Below, in pieces: positions 17,474 to 28,414 of a DNA stretch of 64,000 bases; position 1 is the stretch's first letter, and the number at the start of each line of letters is the position of its first letter. The notes beneath the pieces are model-generated. The model was not told the origin of the DNA and searched no databases. It worked only from the letters and a program-made list of their open reading frames with translations. The DNA is from an uncultured Acidobacteriota bacterium (lineage in GTDB: Bacteria > Acidobacteriota > Thermoanaerobaculia > Multivoradales > SZUA-115): the NCBI GenBank assembly GCA_963805975.1, contig CAWDVR010000006.1:96001-160000 (forward strand). Direction: 5' to 3'. The position numbers and the translations under genes are program-made.

Positions 17474-20400
17474 ATGACCAAGAGGTGCAGCAGGGACCGT
17501 GGACACGCGCGCGGGGCAAGGCTCGCCGTAGCGCTGCTCGCGGCGGCAGGTGCATGGACGGCCGGACCGGCCTTCGGCTCCGGCGAGGCCGTGCCCTTGA
17601 ACGCCTTCAACATTCCTCCCGGCGCCACGGTCACGATCACTTTCGACGTCAACGTCGACAGTCCGCTCGGCGTCTGCGCCTCGGCGGTCTCCAACCAGGG
17701 CACCGTCACCGGCAACAACTTCTCGAACGTCCTGACCGACGACCCGGACGCCGCCGGCGCCGCCAACCCGACGGTGACCGGCCTCGACGCCGTGGACCTC
17801 GCCATCACCAAGACGGACGGGGCCGCGAGCGAAGTGCCGGGCACCGGCGTCACCTACACCATTACGGTCACCAACGCCGGACCGTCCAGCGCCGTGGGCG
17901 CCACGGTGGCGGACACCTTCCCGGCGGCCCTCAGCGGCGTCACCTGGACCTGCGCCGCCTCGGCGGGCTCGAGCTGCACCAGCGGGCCGGTGGGCGGCAA
18001 CATCAACGATCTGGTGACGATTCTCTCCGGCGGCACCCTCACCTACACCGTCAACGCCACGGTCAGCGCCAGCGCCTCGGGCACCCTGGTCAACACCGCG
18101 ACAGTCACCAAGGCCGCCAACCAGATCGAGTGCAACCTCGCCAACAACAGCTCGACGGACACCGACACGCTCGCCCCGCAGGTCGATCTCGCGATCACCA
18201 AGACGAACGGCGTCACCTCGGTGGATGCCGGCAGCCCCACGACCTACACCATCACCGTCACCAACCCGGGCCCGAGCGACGCGGTGGGCGCCACGGTGGC
18301 GGACACCTTCCCGGCGGTCCTCACCGGCGTCACCTGGACCTGCTCCGCCTCGGCAGGCTCGAGCTGCACGGCCGGGCCGACCGCCGGCAACATCAACGAC
18401 GTGGTGACGGTGCGCGCCGGCGGCACGCTGACTTACTCCGCCACCGGCACGGTCTCCGGAACGGCCACCGGCACGCTCTCCAACACCGCCACCGTGACCG
18501 CGCCCGGCGGCACCACCGACACCAACGGCGGCAACAACAGCGCCACCGACAGCGACACCATCAACCCGCTGGCCGACCTCTCGATCACCAAGACCGACGG
18601 CGTCACCACGGCCGTGCCGGGGATGAGCGTCACCTACACCATCGTCGCCTCGAACGCCGGCCCGGCCACCGCCACCGGCGCCTCGGTGACTGACACCTTC
18701 CCAGTGAGCCTCACCTGCACCTGGACCTGCGTCGGGGCCGGCGGCGGCACCTGCACCGCGGGCCCGGTGGCGGGCAACATCGCGGACTCCGTCAACCTGC
18801 CGGCCAGCGCCTCGGTCACCTATACCGCGGTCTGCGACATCGCCGACGCCGCCACCGGATCGATCAGCAACACGGCGACGATCGGCGGCGGTGGAGTGGT
18901 CGACAACACGCCGGGCAACAACAGCGCCACCGACACCGACACGCTGCGGACCCTGGACTTCGGCGACGCGCCGCACTCCGTGCTCGGTCCGCCCTGGCAG
19001 TACCCGACGCTGCTGGCCGACAACGGCGCCCGCCACGGCGTGGTCACCGGCTTCCGCCTCGGTGCAGCCATCGACTCCGAGGCCGACGGCCAGCCGACCG
19101 CCAACGCCGACGGCGACGACCTCAACGGCGCCACCCCCGACGACGAGGACGGCGTCACTCTGCCGGCGTTCCTCGTCACCTGCGAGTCGGCGAGCGTGAC
19201 GGTCAACGCCTCCGCGGTGGGCAAGCTCGACGCCTGGGTGGACTTCAACCGCGACGGCGATTTCACCGACCCGGGCGAGAAGGCGATCAACAACCTGGCC
19301 CTGGTGGCCGGCGCCAACCCGGTGAGCCTGGCCGTGCCCTGCACGGCCACGGTGACGGCGCAGACCTTTGCCCGCTTCCGCCTCTCCACCGTGGGTGGCA
19401 TCGCCGCCAACGACGTGGCAGCGGACGGCGAGGTCGAGGACTATCCGGTGGCGATCCGCGGCCTCGACTTCGGCGATGCCGCCGATCCGTCCTATCCGAC
19501 CCTGGTGGCGTCGAACGGCCCGCGTCACGTGCTGGGCGGCGGCGGCCCGATCCTCGGCGCGCAGGTGGATGCCGAGGCCAACGGCCAGCCGAGCGCCGGT
19601 GCCAACGGCGACGACCTGGCGGGTCTCGACGACGAGGACGGCGTGACCTTCACCTCGCCGCTGGTCCCCGGCCAGACCGCGACGGTGAGCGTCACCGCCT
19701 CGGCGGCCGGCGTGCTCAATGCCTGGATCGACTTCAACGCCGACGGCGGCTTCGGTCAGCCCGGCGACCAGATCTTCACCAACGCGGCGGTCGCGCCGGG
19801 CCCCAACAGCCTCAGCTTCCCGGTGCCGGCAGGGGCGACCTCCAACACCGCCACCGTGGCCCGCTTCCGGGTGGCCACCGCGGGCGGCCTGTCGTTCACC
19901 GGCGCAGCGGCCGACGGCGAGGTGGAGGACCACCCGGTCACCACCGCGCCGGTCGCCGACCTCTCGATCACCAAGACCGACGGCTCCACGACCGAGGTGC
20001 CCGGCACCAGCGTCACCTACACCATCGTGGCCACGAACAGCGGCCCCAACCCGATCATCGGCGCCACGGTCACCGACACCTTCCCGGCGGCGATCAGCGG
20101 CGTGTCCTGGACCTGCGTCGGCGCGGGCGGCGGCACCTGCACGGCGGGCCCGGTGGCGGGCAACATCAACGACACGGGCAACCTGCCGGTCGGCGCCACG
20201 GTCACCTACACGGCCACGGGCACGATCTCGGCCGCGGCGACCGGTACGCTCGTCAACACCGCGAGCGTCGCCGTGCCCGCCTCGGCCTTCGATCCCAACG
20301 GCGCCAACAACAGCGCCACGGACACCGACACGCTGACGCCGCAGACCGACCTCGCGATCACCAAGACCGACGGCGCGGCTTCCGAGGTTCCTGGCACCGG

Positions 20401-22484
20401 CGTCACCTACACCATCGTGGTGACCAACGCCGGGCCCTCGAACGCTGTGGGCGCGACGGTGGCGGACACCTTCCCGGCGAGCATCAGCGGCGTCAACTGG
20501 ACCTGCGTCGCCGCGGGCGGTGCCTCCTGCGCCGCGGGCGGCAGCGGCAACATCAACGACACGGTGAACGCTGCCGGTAGGCGGCAGCGTCACCTACACC
20601 GCCACCGGCAACATCTCCGCCTCGGCCACCGGCACGCTCGTCAACACGGCGACCGTGACCGCGGCCGCCGGCGCCACCGACCCCAACCCAGGTAATAACA
20701 GCGCCACCGACACCGACACGCTGACGCCGCAGACCGATCTCGCGATCACCAAGACCGATGGCGCCGCCAGCGAGGTGCCCGGCACGCCGGTGACCTACAC
20801 CATCGTGGTGACCAACGCCGGGCCTTCGAACGCCGCGGGTGCGACCGTGGCGGACACCTTCCCGGCGGCGATCAGCGGTGTCAACTGGACCTGCGTCGCC
20901 GCGGGCGGCGCTTCCTGCGCCGCGGGCGGCAGCGGCAACATCAACGACACGGTGAACGTGCCGGTGGGCGGCAGCGTCACCTACACCGCCACCGGCAACA
21001 TCTCCGCCTCGGCCACCGGCACGCTCGTCAACACGGCGACCGTGACCGCGGCCGCCGGCGCCACCGACCCCAACCCGGGCAACAACAGCGCCACCGACAC
21101 CGACACGCTGGCCGCGGAGGCGGACCTCGAGATCACCAAGGAAGACAGCGCCGATCCGCCGCCGGCCGGCCAGGATCTGATCTACACCCTCACCGTGGAG
21201 AACCTCGGTCCGTCCGATGCGCTCAACGTGGTGGTGAGCGATGCGCTGCCCTCCGAGGTCACCTACGTGAGCGACGACTGCGGCGGCACCAACACTCCGC
21301 CGTGGACCTGGAACGTCGGCACCCTGGCGGACGGTGCCACGGTGACCTGCAACATCACGGTGTCGATCAACCCCACGCCGCCGGCCTCGATCTCCAACAC
21401 GGCGACCGTGGATTCCGACACCACGGACCCGGTCTCGGGCAACGACTCGGACACCGAAGAAACCCAGCTCGACGCCATTCCTCCCCAGGTGGACAACGTC
21501 GACAGCGTGGCCGGCACCGGCGACGGCGAGCTCACGGAGTGCGAGACCGCCAACGTCGAGGTCAGCCAGCTCCTCGTCACCTTCAGCGAGGAGATGAACG
21601 ATCCGCCGGGCGACACCGATCCGGGCGACGTGACCAACCCGGCGAGCTACCTGCTGGTCAAGCCCGGCCCGGACTTCCAGTTCGCGACCACCGGCTGCAC
21701 CGGGGTGGCGGGCGACGACGTGGCGGTGACCATCACCTCGGTGACCTACGACAGCGGCACCGACACCGCGACGCTCCACCTGGCCGGCGACCTCGCCGAC
21801 GCGCAGCACCGGCTCTACGCCTGTGCCAGCCTGACCGACCTGGCCGGCAACCCGCTCGACGGCGACGGCAGCCGCGGCCCGGTGGGCACGGACTTCGTGC
21901 GTGGCTTCCGCGTCGACGCCGACAACCTGCTGGCCAACGGACACTTCGACTGCAACCTCCTGAGCTGGACCGAGATCGAGCCGACCAGCGGCGAGGTGGA
22001 GTGGGATGGAGATGACGCGGACACCGCGGTCACCTCCGGCTCCACGGAGGTCGTCAACCTGATGCCGGGCCTCGACACCAGCTTCGGCCTGTCGCAGTGC
22101 GTGCCCGTGCCGGGCAGCACCAAGCTCGACCTCTCGTCGCGGGTACGCCTGACGGCCGGAGCGGGCGTCTCGCTCTCCTTCGTGCGCTCCTGCCAGTTCT
22201 TCTCGTCGGCCGCCTGCACCGGCAGCCTGGGCGGCCCGTCCGATGCCTTCCTGCTCTCCGACACCGGGGGCACCTGGCTGACGTTCGCCCGCCAGGTGGA
22301 CTCCGCCGCCGGCGCCGCCTCCGTCCGCTGTGAGTTCCGCTTCGCGACGCCGACCGGCGTCAGCTTCGACGGCGCGATCGACCAGCTCTTCCTGGGTCTC
22401 ACCGGGGAGATCTTCTCGGACGGCTTCGAGACCGGCGACACCAGCCAATGGACGCAGTGCGTCGGCCTGGGGTGCCCGCCATGA
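17474..22484 (+). CDS. Giant secreted surface protein (about 1669 aa once one +1 frameshift near 20570 is corrected): half DUF11, 7 DUF11 repeats, 2 GEVED domains, Ig-like and CBM-like domains, IFSDGFETGD tail
   Basis: Joins ORFs 17414..20695 and 20655..22484. Repeated DLAITKTD..VTYTI.VTN.GPS..VADTFP..NTATV..NNSATDTDT; two DFGDA..GEVED domains. Comparing adjacent repeats shows one extra base (aacgctgccg vs aacgtgccg). Confidence 0.85.
20306..21110 (+). repeat. Near-identical 387-nt tandem duplication (two DUF11 units)
   Basis: The NNSATDTDTL anchor starts at 20306, 20694 and 21081 (spacings 388 and 387 nt), with near-identical DNA between anchors. Confidence 0.85.
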
Positions 22485-22543
22485 GCCACCTACGGAGCGC
22501 CAGTGAATACAACCGTGAAGCCGCCTGCGAGGAGACTCCTAGC

Positions 22544-25500
22544 ATGACCAGATCCCTGAGCAGCACCATCAGGGTTGCACTCGACAGTAGGAAAACGCGG
22601 CGCGCCGCCGCGCGGAAGCTGGCGCTCCTCCTGGTGCTGGCCTCGAGCGTGGCGGCTCCCCAGGCAGGGGCCGAGGTGGGCTTGCAGTACGTGCCCGTGC
22701 CGGCCGTCGAGACCGCACTGCCGCCGCTGCCCCCGACCACCCTGTTCCCCGTACAGCTCGTGGTGGACGACGACGCTGCCGAGGGGGTGGTGGGAGTGGC
22801 CGGCCAGACAGCACGGCAGTTCCTGTGGTTCAACCGCTTCACCCCGGGCGTGCCGTTCTCGCTCGAGGAGGTCTGGGTGCTGTTCACACCGGGCCCCAAC
22901 ATGGCCCTGGGCAACGCCATCCAGCTCGCCATCTACTCCGACGCGGACGGCAACCCGGCCAACGGCGCCACGCTGCTCGCGAGCTTCAACCAGACCATCC
23001 TGGCGCTCGACGGCAACACCTTCTCCGTCTACCCGCTGCCGGCGCCGGTCGACTTCGACGGCGTGGGCGACCTGCTGATCGGCGTCATTCCCCGCTTCAT
23101 CGTCAGTGGCGTGACCTCTCCCACGCAGCCGGCTTCGATCGACACCACGGCGAGCGAGGGCCGCTCGTGGATCGGCGTCTGGTCCACCGACCCGCCCGAT
23201 CCGCCGGTGCTCGTGCCGCCGCCCGACCAGCAGATCTCGACCATCGACGGCTTCCTGCCCGGCAACTGGATGGTCCGCGGCTTCGGCACTCCGGCCGAGA
23301 CGCTCGCCATCCCGACTCTCGGCGGTGGCGGCCTGCTGCTCCTCGCCGGCCTGCTGGCGCTGGCGGCGGGCGCCGTGCTGCGCCGGCGGGCCCGCGGCGC
23401 GGCCCTCCTGGCCCTGGCGCTGGCGGTGGCGAGCCCGGCCCTGCCGGCCGTGGCCCAGACCAACATCGACACCTTCACCACCAACCAGGCCACGCTCAGC
23501 GCGCCGCCCGACTCGAGCTCGACGGCCACCGGGGGCGCCGACATCATCGGCACCCGCCGCGGCCTGGTGGCGAGGAACCTGACCGGCGTCGGCCCCACGA
23601 CGGCAGGAGTCACCGGCGGCAGCCTCACCTTGCTGGTCACCAATACCACCCCCGATTCGCGGGGCGAGGCGCGCCTTTCCTGGGACAACGACACGGCTCC
23701 CGGCACCCTGAACCCGACTGGCCTGGGTGGCGTGAACCTCACCACCGGCGGCGCGAGCGGCTTCCGCATCCGCGTCAACTCGGCGAGCGTTGCCGGCAGC
23801 GAGATCGAGATGGTCGTGCACTCGAACGCCACCTCCTCGTCGCGGGCCTCGCTGGTGCTGCCCCTCGTGGCCGCACCGCAGAACTTCGTGCTGCCGTTCT
23901 CCGAGTTCATCCAGGCCGGCACCAGCGCCGCCAACTTTGCGAGCGTCGGTGCCATCGAGATGACGGTGCGGAGCCGAGAGGGAACCGTGGTGCTGGACGA
24001 GGTGGTGACCGCCTTACCGGTGATCGCCGCCACCAAGGCAGACGCCCTGGTGATCGACAACGACAGCGACACCAAGGCCGATCCCGGCGACCGCGTGCGC
24101 TACACAGTGACCATCACCAACACCGGCAGCGAGGGGATCTCCGTCGACCTGACGGATACCGTGGACTCCAATACCACTCTGGTGGGCGGCTCGGTGAGCT
24201 CGACGCCGGTGGCGAAGAACGACCAGTACACCTGGTTCGGCAACGTCACCCTGACGGTGGACGGCACGCCTTTCCCGGCGCTGCTCGCCAACGACACCGA
24301 TCCGGACGGCGACACGGTGACCATCTCCGCCTTCGACGCCACCACGGCGCAGGGCGGCTCGGTCACGGGCGTGAACGTCAACACCGGCGAGTTCACCTAC
24401 AACCCACCCGCCGGCTTCCGCGGCGTGGACTCCTTCAACTACACCATCGTCGACAACGACGCACACACCTCGGTGGCCTCGGCGCGCATCACGCTCGAGG
24501 GCATCGTCTGGTTCGTCGACGACTCGAACACCACGCCGCCGCACCTCGGCACGCTGTCCGACCCGTTCCAGAGCCTGGCGAGCCTCGGGGGTTCCGACCC
24601 GGATGCGCCGGGGGACATCCTCTTCATCTTCGACGACGACGGCACCCCCTACGCCGGCGGCCTGGTCCTGGAAGCGAACCAGACCCTCCTGGGCGAGGCC
24701 GAGGGCTTGGTGCTCGGCGGCCAGACCATCGTGCCGGCGGGCGGCAGACCGCAGATCACCAACGCGGCGGGCGTCGGCCTGACGCTGGCGACCGCCAACA
24801 CCGTGCGCGGTCTCGACGTCCAGGCAACGAGCGGGGCCGGGATCGCCGGCACCTCCTTTGGCACCCTGACGGCCAGCAACGTCAACGTCATCAGCGCCGG
24901 CGGCGCGGCGCTCGACCTCGCGACCGGCAACCTGGCGGCGACCTTCGGCACCCTGTCCTCGAGCGGCACGGGCGGGCAGCGCGGCATCCAGCTGGTGACC
25001 GTCACCGGCTCGCTGACCGTGACCACCACGAGCCTCACCAACCCGACGACGCAGGGCATCCGTGTCGCCAGCTCGCCGGCGGTGGTGCTCGACTTCGGCA
25101 ACACCACCATCACCGACTCGGCGGTGGGCTCCGGCGCCACCGCCATCGGTATCGACGTGGCGACCGGCAACGCCGGCGCGAGCTTCACCTTCGACAGCCT
25201 TGCCGTGACCACCGATGCCGGCGCCGGCCTGCTGGCCAACGGCAGCGGCACCGTCAACATCGGCGGCGTGGGCAACACGATCAACGCCACGGGTGGCGCG
25301 GCGGTGGACATCACCTCGACCAGCCTGGGCAGCGGCGCCACGTTCTCGACGCTCACCTCCACCAACTCCGCCGGCAAGGGCGTCAACCTCGACACCGTCA
25401 CCGGCAGCTTCACCGCCACCGGCGGCTCGATCAGCGGCCCGGCCGGGATCGGCTTCGACCTCAACGCCGGCTCGGCGAACGTCACCTACGCCGGCTCGCT

Positions 25501-27280
25501 GAGCAACACGGCGAACAACTTCCTGATCGAGGTCACCGGCCGCACCGGCGGCACGGCGAGCTTCTCCGGGAACCTCTCGGGTACCAGCAACAGCGATGGC
25601 ATCCGGGTGGCGAACAACAACGTGAGCGGCTCACCCGTCATCAACTTCAGCGGCGCCACCAAGACCCTCAACACCGGCGCGTCCGCGGCCGTCACCCTCG
25701 ACAACAACGACGTGGCGACGATCAACTTCACGGGTGGTGCCCTCGACATCGACACCACCTCCGGCATCGGCTTCAACGCCATCAACGGCGCCGTGGGGAT
25801 CACCGTGCAGGGGAGCGGCAACACCATCGACTCGGGAAGCGGCACGGCGCTCAACGTCGTCGCCACCACCATCGCGGCGGCCGACCTCAACTTCCAGAGC
25901 ATCTCGGCCAACGGCGCCGCGAGCGGAATCGTGCTCAACGCGACCGGCGCCAGCGGCAATCTGCTAGTCACCGGGACGGGGGCCGCGAACAGCGGCGGCA
26001 CGATCCAGAACTCCACCAGCCACGGCGTCTCGCTGACCAACACGCTCGCCCCGTCGTTTACCTCGCTGCGCATTCAGAACAGCGCCGGCAGCGGCGTCTT
26101 CGGGACCCTGGTCAACGGGTTCTCCTACATCAACGGCCTGATCGACAACTCGGGCACCGGCCTCGCCGCCGAAGCCTCGAACATCGCCTTCAACACCACC
26201 GCGGCGGGCACGGAGAACAACCTCTCGGGAACGGTGACGATCACCGGCAACACCCTGACCAACGCCTACTACCACGGGGTCGACATCTTCAACTTCAGCG
26301 GCACGATCGCCGACGCCACGATCTCGGGGAACACCATCACCAGCACCAACTCGACGGCGACGTCGAAGGGCTCCGGCATCCGCTTCATCGCCTTCGGGTC
26401 GGCAGCGACGATCGCCAACGTCACCAGGGCGACGATCGCCAACAACATCATCTCCAACTTCCCCAGCGCCACCGGCATCATGGCGCAGGGCGGCAACGGC
26501 AACGCCGCGGGGCCGGCAGGCGTCTTCGGGACTGCCGGCAGCGGCAGCGACATCATCGCGATCACGGGCAACCGCGTCGCCGGCTTCAGCGCGGCCAACC
26601 GCCTCGGCACGCAAGCCATCCTCGCCGTGGTCAACGGCAAGGGCCAGGGCAACTTCAACGTCTCGAGCAACGGCACGGTGGCCAATCCGCTGACCAACTC
26701 CATCGGCACCACGATCGCGGTGTCGTCTCTCGGCCAGGCGGTGGTCACCGCGACGGTCTCGAGCAACGTCATCGTCTCGAACAACGCGGCAGGGGCCAAC
26801 GGCATCGGAGCAGGTACCAGTCAGACGTTCGGGGCGACGGATACCCCGAGCCTGACGGTCACGATCTCGAACAACCAGATCAGCCAGACGGACGGCAACG
26901 GCATCCTGGCCACGGCGCGCGATGCCACCGGAACGCTGCGCGCGAAGATCCAGAACAACACTGTGGCGGCGCCGCTGGCCGGCAACCGGAACGGAATCCG
27001 AATCGACGCTGGCAACGCCGTGAGCATCAACGACTCGGTTTGCTTGAACATCTCGGGCAACACGACCGCAGGCGTCGGCCTCTCTCCCGAGGGGATCGGC
27101 CTGCGCAAGCAAGGGACCGTCGCGGCGACCAACAACTTCGCCCTCCACGGATTCGCGACCTCCCCGGCCAACCAGGCGCAGACGGCGGCTTACGTCACCG
27201 GACAGAATCCGGGTAGCTCGAGCGGGACCCTGATCATCGCCGGCGACAATTTCAACTCCCCGACCTGTTCGTTCCCTTGA
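22544..27280 (+). CDS. Giant secreted protein / probable polyprotein: signal peptide, domain 1, internal IPTL-CTERM plus second signal peptide, beta-sandwich domain, half DUF11, cadherin/Big_9-like Ig, long beta-helix
   Basis: GAGGAG RBS before ATG 22544 (alternative ATG 22481 overlaps the upstream stop). Internal IPTLGGGGLLLLAGLLALAAGAVLRRR; LLANDTDPDGD..GEFTYNPPAGFRGVDSFNYTI; about 900 aa of N/T/G/S-rich right-handed beta-helix-like repeats. Confidence 0.85.
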   Translation: MTRSLSSTIRVALDSRKTRRAAARKLALLLVLASSVAAPQAGAEVGLQYVPVPAVETALPPLPPTTLFPVQLVVDDDAAEGVVGVAGQTARQFLWFNRFTPGVPFSLEEVWVLFTPGPNMALGNAIQLAIYSDADGNPANGATLLASFNQTILALDGNTFSVYPLPAPVDFDGVGDLLIGVIPRFIVSGVTSPTQPASIDTTASEGRSWIGVWSTDPPDPPVLVPPPDQQISTIDGFLPGNWMVRGFGTPAETLAIPTLGGGGLLLLAGLLALAAGAVLRRRARGAALLALALAVASPALPAVAQTNIDTFTTNQATLSAPPDSSSTATGGADIIGTRRGLVARNLTGVGPTTAGVTGGSLTLLVTNTTPDSRGEARLSWDNDTAPGTLNPTGLGGVNLTTGGASGFRIRVNSASVAGSEIEMVVHSNATSSSRASLVLPLVAAPQNFVLPFSEFIQAGTSAANFASVGAIEMTVRSREGTVVLDEVVTALPVIAATKADALVIDNDSDTKADPGDRVRYTVTITNTGSEGISVDLTDTVDSNTTLVGGSVSSTPVAKNDQYTWFGNVTLTVDGTPFPALLANDTDPDGDTVTISAFDATTAQGGSVTGVNVNTGEFTYNPPAGFRGVDSFNYTIVDNDAHTSVASARITLEGIVWFVDDSNTTPPHLGTLSDPFQSLASLGGSDPDAPGDILFIFDDDGTPYAGGLVLEANQTLLGEAEGLVLGGQTIVPAGGRPQITNAAGVGLTLATANTVRGLDVQATSGAGIAGTSFGTLTASNVNVISAGGAALDLATGNLAATFGTLSSSGTGGQRGIQLVTVTGSLTVTTTSLTNPTTQGIRVASSPAVVLDFGNTTITDSAVGSGATAIGIDVATGNAGASFTFDSLAVTTDAGAGLLANGSGTVNIGGVGNTINATGGAAVDITSTSLGSGATFSTLTSTNSAGKGVNLDTVTGSFTATGGSISGPAGIGFDLNAGSANVTYAGSLSNTANNFLIEVTGRTGGTASFSGNLSGTSNSDGIRVANNNVSGSPVINFSGATKTLNTGASAAVTLDNNDVATINFTGGALDIDTTSGIGFNAINGAVGITVQGSGNTIDSGSGTALNVVATTIAAADLNFQSISANGAASGIVLNATGASGNLLVTGTGAANSGGTIQNSTSHGVSLTNTLAPSFTSLRIQNSAGSGVFGTLVNGFSYINGLIDNSGTGLAAEASNIAFNTTAAGTENNLSGTVTITGNTLTNAYYHGVDIFNFSGTIADATISGNTITSTNSTATSKGSGIRFIAFGSAATIANVTRATIANNIISNFPSATGIMAQGGNGNAAGPAGVFGTAGSGSDIIAITGNRVAGFSAANRLGTQAILAVVNGKGQGNFNVSSNGTVANPLTNSIGTTIAVSSLGQAVVTATVSSNVIVSNNAAGANGIGAGTSQTFGATDTPSLTVTISNNQISQTDGNGILATARDATGTLRAKIQNNTVAAPLAGNRNGIRIDAGNAVSINDSVCLNISGNTTAGVGLSPEGIGLRKQGTVAATNNFALHGFATSPANQAQTAAYVTGQNPGSSSGTLIIAGDNFNSPTCSFP

Positions 27281-27378
27281 GGAGACAGGTCCGGGAGTAG
27301 CGAAAGCGCAGCCGGGGGAGGCATAGGCCACCACCGATCCGGAGCCCGACGAGCTCCAGAACCAGGAGGAGGAGACGA

Positions 27379-27885
27379 ATGGCGGAACCGTTCTTGTCCG
27401 AGATACGAATCATGAGTTTTGGCTACGCCCCGCGGGGTTGGGCGCTCTGCAACGGGCAGCTCTTGCCCATCAACCAGAACCAGGCGCTGTTCTCGCTGCT
27501 GGGCACCACCTTCGGCGGCGACGGGCGGGTGAACTTCGCGCTTCCCGACCTTCGCAGCAGGGCGCCGATCCACGTGGGCTCGGGCCACACGCTGGGCGAA
27601 CGCGGCGGCGAGCAGGCGCACACGCTGTCGATCGCGGAGCTGCCGGAGCATACGCATGTCTGGAATGCGAATGGCTCACCTGCCACCACCAATACGCCGG
27701 CCGCCTCGCTGCTCTTGGCTCAGTCCACCGGCGATTCGGCCTGGGGACCCGCGTCGAACCTGGTGGCGATGAGCCCGGCCACGATCGTCAACGTCGGTGG
27801 CAGCCAGGCGCACCTGAACATGCAGCCGTTCTTGACCCTCACCTTCAGCATCGCTCTTGTGGGCATCTTCCCGAGCCCGAACTGA
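27379..27885 (+). CDS. Phage tail-collar domain protein (microcystin-dependent protein/MdpB-like), copy 1
   Basis: FLSEIRIMSFGYAPRGWALCNGQLLPINQNQALFSLLGTTFGGDGRVNFALPDLRSR; HTH (HxH) motif; HLNMQPFL; GGAGGAG RBS. Confidence 0.92.
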   Translation: MAEPFLSEIRIMSFGYAPRGWALCNGQLLPINQNQALFSLLGTTFGGDGRVNFALPDLRSRAPIHVGSGHTLGERGGEQAHTLSIAELPEHTHVWNANGSPATTNTPAASLLLAQSTGDSAWGPASNLVAMSPATIVNVGGSQAHLNMQPFLTLTFSIALVGIFPSPN

Positions 27886-27895
27886 GGAGACGCCA

Positions 27896-28405
27896 ATGGC
27901 ACAACCTTATGTAGGCGAGATCCGGATGTTCGCTGGCAACTTCGCGCCGGCAGGGTGGATGTTCTGCGAGGGCCAGTTGCTGCCGATCTCGGAAAACGAG
28001 ACGCTGTTCAACCTCATCGGGACGACCTACGGCGGCGACGGTCAGTCGACCTTCGCCCTGCCCGATCTGCGCGGGAGGATCCCGATCCACCAGGGCAACG
28101 GCTTCATCCTGGCCGAGACTGGCGGAGCAGAGCAGATCACGCTCACGATCAATCAGATCGCCGCGCACTCCCATCCCGCGCTCGGGTCCACCAACACCGG
28201 GACCGGGACGGCGCCCCTGAACAACGTGCTGTGCAACCTGCCAGTCGCCACGAACTCGGCCTATGGCACTGACAACCCGCAGGCCACCTTGAGCCCGCAG
28301 TGCATATCGCCGGTCGGCGGAAGCCAGCCGCACACCAACTTCCAGCCCTACCTCTGCATCAATTTCATTATTTCCCTGTTCGGGATCTTCCCGCCCCCGA
28401 GCTAG
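27896..28405 (+). CDS. Phage tail-collar domain protein, copy 2
   Basis: YVGEIRMFAGNFAPAGWMFCEGQLLPISENETLFNLIGTTYGGDGQSTFALPDLRGR; HSH; HTNFQPYL; GAGGAG RBS. Confidence 0.92.
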   Translation: MAQPYVGEIRMFAGNFAPAGWMFCEGQLLPISENETLFNLIGTTYGGDGQSTFALPDLRGRIPIHQGNGFILAETGGAEQITLTINQIAAHSHPALGSTNTGTGTAPLNNVLCNLPVATNSAYGTDNPQATLSPQCISPVGGSQPHTNFQPYLCINFIISLFGIFPPPS

Positions 28406-28414
28406 GAGGGAGAC

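Noticed and set aside
17790-21480. Repeated DNA units considered as a CRISPR array or DGR template/variable repeats
   Set aside because: The units are ~390-nt in-frame protein domain repeats; there are no short repeat-spacer units, cas genes, reverse transcriptase or adenine-specific mismatches.
17351-27334. Very long alternative-frame and antisense ORFs (17351..20593 -, 20553..22448 -, 22825..27216 +, 25964..27334 -)
   Set aside because: Shadow ORFs caused by high GC3 and few stop codons; the translations are Arg/Gly/His-rich without motifs and overlap well-supported genes.
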